DNA from: Candidatus Enterousia sp.
GTDB taxonomy: Bacteria; Pseudomonadota; Alphaproteobacteria; Rs-D84
Assembly (NCBI GenBank): GCA_045536625.1
Contig: JAZSNY010000025.1
Location: 1,147-65,146, forward strand
Length of the DNA stretch: 64,000 nt
Reading direction: 5' to 3'
Position numbers and translations under genes: made by a program
In this document: positions 57,734 to 64,000 of the stretch, one piece after another
Layout: the number at the start of each line of letters is the position of its first letter
How positions within the stretch are numbered: the stretch's first letter is position 1
The notes under the pieces: generated by a model
The model's database searches: none
What the model was told of the DNA's origin: nothing
The model's input: the letters and a program-made list of their open reading frames with translations, nothing else

Positions 57734-58564
57734 TTATCTGGCAACATAGCAATCCAATCCATCAGATTTTGCATTGCGACAAAATCCGTTTGCATCATTT
57801 GCATTTTTAAACGCAACGCGCAATCTGTATGTTGTTTTGCCATCTTTTAACTGTGCGGCCAATATAACAAATTGTTTACCCGCGAACAATCCCTGATGTG
57901 CCTTTTGCAATTGACGTTGGGCATTTTCGGCCAATGCACGCGAACTGTATGATCCAAACTGAACATACCATGCCCCTGCAACCGGTTTATCAGCGACCAC
58001 CCGGGGTGCCGATTTTTGGGATGTTTTTGGTTGTGCCTTGGCAACCGGTTTTGTGGTGACCTTGGGTGCCGGCTTTACCACACGCGGCTGAACCGCGGGT
58101 TTTGCAACCGCTTCGGGGTTAAATTTTACTTCCTTGCGTTCTTCGACCACACGTACGGGAACACCGGCCGTCGGCTGAACGGGGGTCGGCTGTGCGGCGG
58201 GCTGGGGCTGTGATGCGACCAATGGTTGTGGCGCCGGTTGCACAACAGGTTTCTGAACCGGTTGCGGTGCGACCTGTACCGGCTGTGCCGGTGGCATAAC
58301 GTTCATATCAACTGGCATCGGCTGACCCGCACCATTATCCACCATTACCGGGACATCCAAATCCACCTCCATCGAAGAAGTCGAATCATCCCCAATCGCA
58401 CGAATAATGATATATGTTGCCAACACAATAACAACCAATCCCACCGTTAACAACAGCCACGGTTTCTTTGGTCTTGGTGCACCAAAAGGCACGGCATCCG
58501 GCAAAGTATCCATCGACGCATTATCGTCCAAATCTAATAAATCCAAGTTATTATCATCATTCAT
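57734..58564 (-). CDS. SPOR-domain protein with a proline-rich linker
   Basis: N-terminal transmembrane helix, a Pro/Gln/Val repeat linker, and a C-terminal SPOR domain (WYVQFGSYSSRALAENAQ...YRLRV). Confidence 0.65.
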   Translation of the reverse strand: MNDDNNLDLLDLDDNASMDTLPDAVPFGAPRPKKPWLLLTVGLVVIVLATYIIIRAIGDDSTSSMEVDLDVPVMVDNGAGQPMPVDMNVMPPAQPVQVAPQPVQKPVVQPAPQPLVASQPQPAAQPTPVQPTAGVPVRVVEERKEVKFNPEAVAKPAVQPRVVKPAPKVTTKPVAKAQPKTSQKSAPRVVADKPVAGAWYVQFGSYSSRALAENAQRQLQKAHQGLFAGKQFVILAAQLKDGKTTYRLRVAFKNANDANGFCRNAKSDGLDCYVAR

Positions 58565-58641
58565 GATAAAATCCCCCCATATTTCATTACACGCATTATA
58601 TCATAAAAAACGCCAAAGACAAAATGCTTTGGCGTATTTTT

Positions 58642-58785
58642 TTACTTTGGCATATTCCCAAAATTTGGTGGAACAATTAATTTATGATTTTGTTCCACGA
58701 TTGGTTCTACCTCGCACTTCTTGGCGCACCCCGTCATAACACACGGCACCGCAACCAACATACACAACAAAATAACTTTTTTCAT
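58642..58785 (-). CDS. Small lipoprotein (47 aa) immediately downstream of thrS
   Basis: My own translation: MKKVILLCMLVAVPCVMTGCAKKCEVEPIVEQNHKLIVPPNFGNMPK. Ribosome-binding site aagggaga, a lipobox, and a terminator hairpin downstream at 58606-58643. Confidence 0.45.
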   Translation of the reverse strand: MKKVILLCMLVAVPCVMTGCAKKCEVEPIVEQNHKLIVPPNFGNMPK

Positions 58786-58802
58786 ATGTTTCTCCCTTGG
58801 GT

Positions 58803-60536
58803 TTACAATGGCATCTTCACAGAATTCTGCATCATTTCTACAAATTCAGAAAGTGACATAGATTCCTGTTTTTCCACGCCCAATCGACGCAGCGTAACAT
58901 TTTTTTCCGCCATTTCTTTTTCACCAACAACCGCAATAATCGGCGTTTTTGCCAACGACAATTCGCGGATTTTATAGTTTACTTTTTCGTCCCTCAAATC
59001 GGCACGCGCATTAACACCCGCCGCACGCAGGGCACCAACGACCTCGTTCGCATATTCTGCATGCTTTTGCGAAATTGGTGTAACAACAACGGGCTCTGGG
59101 CTCAGCCACAGTGGCAAATTCCCCCCCGTTGATTCCAACAAGATTCCCATAAATCTTTCAATCGACCCCAACATTGCACGATGCAACATAATCGGACGAT
59201 GCTTTTCACCATCTTCGCCAACATAACTCAAATCGAATCGTTCCGGCAGGTTCATATCAAGTTGCACCGTACCGCATTGCCATACACGCCCCATTGAATC
59301 ACGCAGATAATTATCAATCTTCGGTCCATAGAACGCCGCATCTCCTTCGGCGATTTCAAATTCAATACCGTTTGATTCCAACGCATGTTTCAATGCACCT
59401 TCGGCCTTGTCCCAAATTTCATCAGACCCAATACGGAATTCCGATTCCTTGCGCGTGGCCAATTTCATGGTAATTTTTTCAAATCCAAATTTACCATAAA
59501 TATCCTTGATAAAGCGCAGGATTTTAACAACTTCTTCCTCTAACTGTTCTTCGGTACAGAAAATATGCGCATCATCCTGGGTAAATTCACGTACACGCAA
59601 AATACCTGACAAACCGCCCGCCGCCTCGTAACGATGAACCTTGCCAAATTCCGCCATATATAATGGCAAATCCTTGTACGAACGCAATCCATGTCCAAAT
59701 ACCAACATCCCACCCGGGCACGACATTGGTTTGATACAGAAGACCTTGCCATCCTGGGTTTTTCCGGAATAATTATGTTCACCATATTTTGCCCAGTGGC
59801 CCGAACGTTCCCACAAACATCTGTCCATAACGGCCGGGGTCGAAATTTCCTGATACCCCGCCAACTCTTGACGACGACGAACAAATTCAATCAATTTGCG
59901 ATACATTTTGTATCCCTTGTCATGCCAAAACACCGACCCCGGCGCATATTCCGGTTCAAAGTGGAACAAATCCATATCCTTGCCCAGTTTACGATTGTCG
60001 CGCGCGGCGGCCTCTTCCTGCATTTTCAAGAAATTTTCCAATTCTTCACGTGTGGCGAACGCATCTACATAGATACGTTGCAACATTTTATTTTTTGAAT
60101 CCCCCTTCCAATATGCACCGGCCACACTGCGGATTTTAAATGCGTCCCTTGGCAAATCTTTGGACGATTCCACATGTGGTCCACGACACAAATCCACAAA
60201 ATCACGAAAGGTATAAATTGACAAATCCGCGCCCGCCGCATCATATTCGTTTAACCACTCCATCTTATATGGTTGGTCCGCAAAGATTTCTTTGGCTTCA
60301 TCCAAACTGACGTTGCGCTGTTCAAAACGGCCATTTGATTTAATTAAATCCCGCATTTCCTTTTCAATTTTTGCAAAGTCTTCTTCGGAAAAGCGATAAT
60401 CTGTATCAAAATCGTAATAAAAACCATTTTCAATGGCCGGCCCACCCGCGAATTTAACATCCGGGTGCAATTTCTTTACCGCCGCCGCCATAACATGCGC
60501 CAACGAGTGACGAATCAATTCAATATCATATGCCAT
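58803..60536 (-). CDS. thrS: Threonine--tRNA ligase lacking the N-terminal TGS domain
   Basis: Editing-domain HSLAHVMAAAV...GFYYDFD and class II catalytic motifs (HRAMLGSIERFMGILLE); 577 aa. Confidence 0.85.
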   Translation of the reverse strand: MAYDIELIRHSLAHVMAAAVKKLHPDVKFAGGPAIENGFYYDFDTDYRFSEEDFAKIEKEMRDLIKSNGRFEQRNVSLDEAKEIFADQPYKMEWLNEYDAAGADLSIYTFRDFVDLCRGPHVESSKDLPRDAFKIRSVAGAYWKGDSKNKMLQRIYVDAFATREELENFLKMQEEAAARDNRKLGKDMDLFHFEPEYAPGSVFWHDKGYKMYRKLIEFVRRRQELAGYQEISTPAVMDRCLWERSGHWAKYGEHNYSGKTQDGKVFCIKPMSCPGGMLVFGHGLRSYKDLPLYMAEFGKVHRYEAAGGLSGILRVREFTQDDAHIFCTEEQLEEEVVKILRFIKDIYGKFGFEKITMKLATRKESEFRIGSDEIWDKAEGALKHALESNGIEFEIAEGDAAFYGPKIDNYLRDSMGRVWQCGTVQLDMNLPERFDLSYVGEDGEKHRPIMLHRAMLGSIERFMGILLESTGGNLPLWLSPEPVVVTPISQKHAEYANEVVGALRAAGVNARADLRDEKVNYKIRELSLAKTPIIAVVGEKEMAEKNVTLRRLGVEKQESMSLSEFVEMMQNSVKMPL

Positions 60537-60750
60537 AACATATATCCTTATGCTTGTTTTATTTTTATTATTTAATTTTTGATTTTTTTATTCTAAGAAA
60601 ATACGCGGTTTTCCGCAACACAAATTACACCCCCAACGGGGTTGTAGTAGTTGTTGTAAAAAAAGACTTAAATAAATTCATGATTAAAATTCTATGCCCT
60701 TGCCCATCAAAAGTCAACCACAAAAAAACCGGCAAATGCCGGTTTTAGTT

Positions 60751-61488
60751 TTACAAATCCAAAATACACCCGAACAGAACAGCGAAAAAGAAACAAACCG
60801 TTCCCCCAATTACAAACAGGTGCCAAACCCCATGCGAAAATTTCATCCGCCGCCACAGATAGAATATCACACCAATCGTATACGATAACCCACCCGCCAA
60901 TATAAACCACAAACCGCGCATCGGGATATTACGAATCATTGCCGGCAATATAAACAGCAACGTCCAACCCATTGCAACATAAAGCGCAACCATCCATTTT
61001 GGCTGTTGCTTTGGATTGCGAATTTTCATGTACGAGCCAAATAACACAATCGCCCACAATATTCCGAATACGGTCCAACCAACAATCCCGCGCAGATTCA
61101 CCAACAAAAACGGCGTATACGTCCCCGCAATCAACGCATAGATTGCAACACTGTCCCACACTTCAAAAAAGCATTCATGCTTTTTACCGATTGTCGCATG
61201 ACACATTGTTGACCCGAAATACAATGTTATCATCGTCACACCAAAAATCGCACACGACACAATCGCCCATGCATCACCCCGCATCCCTGCAAACACAACC
61301 AACAGTGTCAATGCCGCAATGGCCAACCCAATACCAATCCCATGGGTCAGGATATTAACGACCTCTTCTGCATGTGTGCTGGGCTTTTCCCAACGAAACA
61401 ATCCCGTTGCACGCAAAACCTTTAACAGTCTTAACCCATGCTCATCTTTTTTTACTGCACGTATCCGCGCCCGTTTTTCCTTGGTCAT
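60751..61488 (-). CDS. Hemolysin-III family (PAQR) membrane protein
   Basis: Seven transmembrane segments with HATIGKKHE...AIYALIAGTYTPF motifs. Confidence 0.7.
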   Translation of the reverse strand: MTKEKRARIRAVKKDEHGLRLLKVLRATGLFRWEKPSTHAEEVVNILTHGIGIGLAIAALTLLVVFAGMRGDAWAIVSCAIFGVTMITLYFGSTMCHATIGKKHECFFEVWDSVAIYALIAGTYTPFLLVNLRGIVGWTVFGILWAIVLFGSYMKIRNPKQQPKWMVALYVAMGWTLLFILPAMIRNIPMRGLWFILAGGLSYTIGVIFYLWRRMKFSHGVWHLFVIGGTVCFFFAVLFGCILDL

Positions 61489-63074
61489 TTTATCACCCCT
61501 TCGATTCGTTTAATAACTCTATCCCCACCCATAACCGACATAATAGAATACAGGTCCGGGGTATTTGTGCGACCCGACAACGCCACACGCAGATTCATTG
61601 CCACATCACCGTTTTTGACACCACATTTTTCAGCCACCGCAACAATTTTTGCCCACCATGTGTCTTTATCATCCGCCGGATTATATGTCGCCAAGAACGC
61701 ACGCAACGCGTCCGAATTAAATTCATATTCTGTATTTGCTACGAACAATTCATCCCAGAAAAATGCGACATTTTCCAACGTCTGGGACCAGGTGATAAAG
61801 TCCTTGCGTACACGCTTTGGATTATCGCGTTCAATTCCCAAAACACCGGTCAGATAATTAACATCTGCGACCTGCATTTTGTTGGTGTCCGTGCCATATT
61901 CATTGGCCCACGCGACCACACGCGACACCAATTCCGGCACCGGCAGCGCGCCAATAAATTCCTTGGCCCACCATTCCAGTTTATCTGTATTAAATAAAGC
62001 ACTGCTGGTTGGAATTTTTTTAATACGCAATGGATAATTCCAAATTGTTGTATCAGCCTTTTTGTTTTTTTCTTCTTCAAATCCAGACGCAACAATATTA
62101 TACAGATAGTTTAACACGGCCTCAACCGGCCAACCTGCCGTTAAATAATGCATAGTGTTCGCCTCTGGGTCTGTACGTTTAGACAACTTTCGCGAATTTC
62201 CCGTTTGTTCATCTAACTTATTAATTGTTGCAACATGAACATATTCCGGATTTTGCCACCCCATCATACGAAACAGTTGCAAATGCAAATTTAACGAGGA
62301 CAGCCATTCTTCACCGCGCTGAACCAATGTCGTACGCATAAAGTGATCGTCACACAAATGTGCAAAGTGATATGTTGGCAATCCATCGTTTGATTTAATC
62401 AAAACTATATCTTCATCATTTTCCGGGAATGCCAAACGTCCACGTACCTTATCATTATAAAAAATCTTATTATCTTTATTTCCCGTTGAATACAAACGAA
62501 TCGATGGCACCATACCACTATCCAAACGCGCAATGATTTCTTCTTCGGTCAAATCCCTGTCACGCGCCCATTCACCATATATACCTGTTCCCCAACCTGC
62601 TGCCTTTTGCTTATTACGAATATCCTCCATTTCTTCGGCGGATAAAAAGCACGGATACGCCAATCCCCGTTCTAACAATTCTGCAACAACACTGTGATAA
62701 ACATCCTTGCGTTCTGATTGGTAATAAGACCCATATTCACCACCATACGTTGGCCCTTCGTCCGGCTGCAACCCAAAACTGTCCGCACACTTTAAAATAA
62801 CATCTACCGCCCCCTGCACTTCACGTTTTGTATCCGTATCTTCAATACGCAACATAAACACGCCATCTGACTGCTGGGCCAATTTTTTTGCAATCATCAT
62901 TTGATACAGCGTTCCCAAATGCATAAATCCCGTTGGGCTGGGGGCCACACGTGTCACCATTGCGCCATCTGGCAATGTACGCGCGGGAAACTTTTCTTCC
63001 AGTTGTTCGATTGTATACTTTGGCGCACCGCCCAACACACGCGCAATTAAATCTTTTGACAAACCATTTCTCAT
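61485..63074 (-). CDS. gltX: Glutamate--tRNA ligase family protein with a roughly 40-aa N-terminal extension
   Basis: HIGH-region RVAPSPTGFMHLG and KMSKS-type KLSKR. The gatCAB genes in this window imply a non-discriminating enzyme. Confidence 0.75.
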   Translation of the reverse strand: MRNGLSKDLIARVLGGAPKYTIEQLEEKFPARTLPDGAMVTRVAPSPTGFMHLGTLYQMMIAKKLAQQSDGVFMLRIEDTDTKREVQGAVDVILKCADSFGLQPDEGPTYGGEYGSYYQSERKDVYHSVVAELLERGLAYPCFLSAEEMEDIRNKQKAAGWGTGIYGEWARDRDLTEEEIIARLDSGMVPSIRLYSTGNKDNKIFYNDKVRGRLAFPENDEDIVLIKSNDGLPTYHFAHLCDDHFMRTTLVQRGEEWLSSLNLHLQLFRMMGWQNPEYVHVATINKLDEQTGNSRKLSKRTDPEANTMHYLTAGWPVEAVLNYLYNIVASGFEEEKNKKADTTIWNYPLRIKKIPTSSALFNTDKLEWWAKEFIGALPVPELVSRVVAWANEYGTDTNKMQVADVNYLTGVLGIERDNPKRVRKDFITWSQTLENVAFFWDELFVANTEYEFNSDALRAFLATYNPADDKDTWWAKIVAVAEKCGVKNGDVAMNLRVALSGRTNTPDLYSIMSVMGGDRVIKRIEGVIK

Positions 63075-63075
63075 A

Positions 63076-63636
63076 TTACTTACCCTTTTCCCATTCTGAT
63101 TTTAATTTTGAATAAACCGCAATATCATGCACAACACCTGGACGAATGATTTCCGCCTGGCGCAAGATACCATCTTGATTAAACCCCAATCTTTCTGGAA
63201 TCGCACGCGACGGCTTATTTTCTGTCGCACAGCGAATTTCAATACGATTTGCTTCACCGTGTTCAAAGCATAAATCCTGAACCCGTTTCACAGCCTGGGT
63301 CATAACGCCATTTCCATTCACATCTTGCGATAACCAATACCCCATTTCCATCGTACGATTAGATTTATCTTCACGCACAACACCAACCATACCAACCAAC
63401 CGCATATACCAATAAATAAAATATTTGCATACATCATCTTTTGCAACAGACTGAACAACACTAAATTCATCTTCGGGGCTTTTTACAAAATCAACCCACC
63501 CCAACCAAGGCCGAAAGAAATCACGATTTCTGTCCACCGCCAAAAACACATCACGTGCCACAGAAAACTCAGCCCCCGGTTTACGTAAACAAAAGTTTGG
63601 TTTTTCTATACTTATTTCCCTAGGATACTTCGCCAT
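63076..63636 (-). CDS. GNAT-family N-acetyltransferase (RimJ/RimL-like)
   Basis: GNAT fold motifs (MEMGYWLSQDVNGNGVMTQAV...); start placed at ATG 63636. Confidence 0.6.
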   Translation of the reverse strand: MAKYPREISIEKPNFCLRKPGAEFSVARDVFLAVDRNRDFFRPWLGWVDFVKSPEDEFSVVQSVAKDDVCKYFIYWYMRLVGMVGVVREDKSNRTMEMGYWLSQDVNGNGVMTQAVKRVQDLCFEHGEANRIEIRCATENKPSRAIPERLGFNQDGILRQAEIIRPGVVHDIAVYSKLKSEWEKGK

Positions 63637-63684
63637 ATCTATATATTCCTTGTGTTTTATTAAAGTCAATTCTATACTAAAACT

Positions 63685-64000
63685 ATGGAAAAACAAGAAA
63701 TAAGAACATTTGGTCGCCGTCACGGCAAAAAATTATCTGCACGTCAACAAACACTGATTGCTGAACTGTTGCCAACATTAAAACCAACATCGGGCGACAT
63801 TTTGGAAATTGGCTTTGGCGCGGGCGAACATGTACGCGACCTGGCACGCGCAAATCCGGGGAAAATCATAATTGGCGCCGAACCTTTTATGAACGGTGTT
63901 GCATCCCTGATGTCTGCAATAACGGACGAAAAAACGAATCGGATTTTGGACGAATATACCGGCATTCGAATTTGGCCGGACGATGTTCGTGATTTTTTGC
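63685..64000 (+). CDS. trmB: tRNA (guanine-N7)-methyltransferase TrmB, 5' part; continues beyond the window end
   Basis: My own translation: MEKQEIRTFGRRHGKKLSARQQTLIAELLP...LEIGFGAGEHV. No stop codon before the window end. Confidence 0.6.
   Translation, partial: MEKQEIRTFGRRHGKKLSARQQTLIAELLPTLKPTSGDILEIGFGAGEHVRDLARANPGKIIIGAEPFMNGVASLMSAITDEKTNRILDEYTGIRIWPDDVRDFL

Noticed and set aside
60537-60750. A structured thrS leader or operator, or a small RNA, in the 214-bp region upstream of thrS
   Set aside because: Only a weak hairpin (cccccaacgggg) without a T-run is visible. There is not enough structure or conservation to call a feature from sequence alone.

Overview
This window looks like a compact bacterial chromosomal segment of roughly 40-45% GC. 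The housekeeping gene content and order suggest an alphaproteobacterium with a reduced genome, possibly an intracellular or symbiotic lineage. I could not confirm lineage or any protein call by database search; all calls rest on motifs I can read directly in the supplied six-frame translations. The ORF track accepts ATG, GTG and TTG as starts, so several start coordinates below are adjusted to internal ATGs where a ribosome-binding site or protein family logic supports it.

Coding content in order along the window:
- asmA-like (5' part, runs off the window start)
- rluD-family pseudouridine synthase
- a prepilin-like protein
- uvrC, pgsA, dnaJ, parE-like topoisomerase subunit B
- an LDH-like NAD-dependent dehydrogenase, ybaB, pnp, der
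- a MacB-type ABC ATPase and permease pair
- dnaA, dprA, plsY, rpsT
- an XRE-family helix-turn-helix regulator
- a secretin-like lipoprotein with an upstream periplasmic partner
- sufB, sufC, an AI-2E family transporter, ruvX
- gatC, two unknown ORFs, gatA, an antisense tRNA-Phe, gatB
- miaB
- a set of outer-membrane proteins and lipoproteins, tRNA-Lys, an FMN-dependent lactate dehydrogenase
- a long minus-strand run: NlpD-like M23 peptidase, tatC, tatB, lolA-like, nrnA-like, recJ, ftsI, ftsL, sufE, sufT, sufS
- trxA, a cysteine-less DksA-like protein, tatA, a SPOR-domain protein
- thrS, a hemolysin-III family protein, gltX, a GNAT acetyltransferase, trmB (3' end cut by the window)

Features I consider most worth a second look:
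1. A dispersed family of GC-rich palindromic repeat units, consensus TGTCATCCCGCGGCTTGACCGCGGGACCCAGGTT. A variant unit carries a TATAAAAT box. The units sit in three intergenic clusters at about 16.3-16.9 kb, 53.8 kb and 54.7-55.1 kb.
2. Three predicted secreted, cysteine-rich proteins (514, 224 and 751 aa) that lie at exactly those repeat clusters.
3. A gatCAB operon interrupted by two unknown ORFs, with an antisense tRNA-Phe between gatA and gatB.
4. A conserved terminator module (GCTATACGCATAAAAACCGG followed by a hairpin) that recurs at convergent gene junctions.
5. A secretin lipoprotein operon with no cognate pilus or secretion genes nearby, and a lone prepilin-like gene about 22 kb away.

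I found no rRNA, CRISPR array, transposase or integrase.
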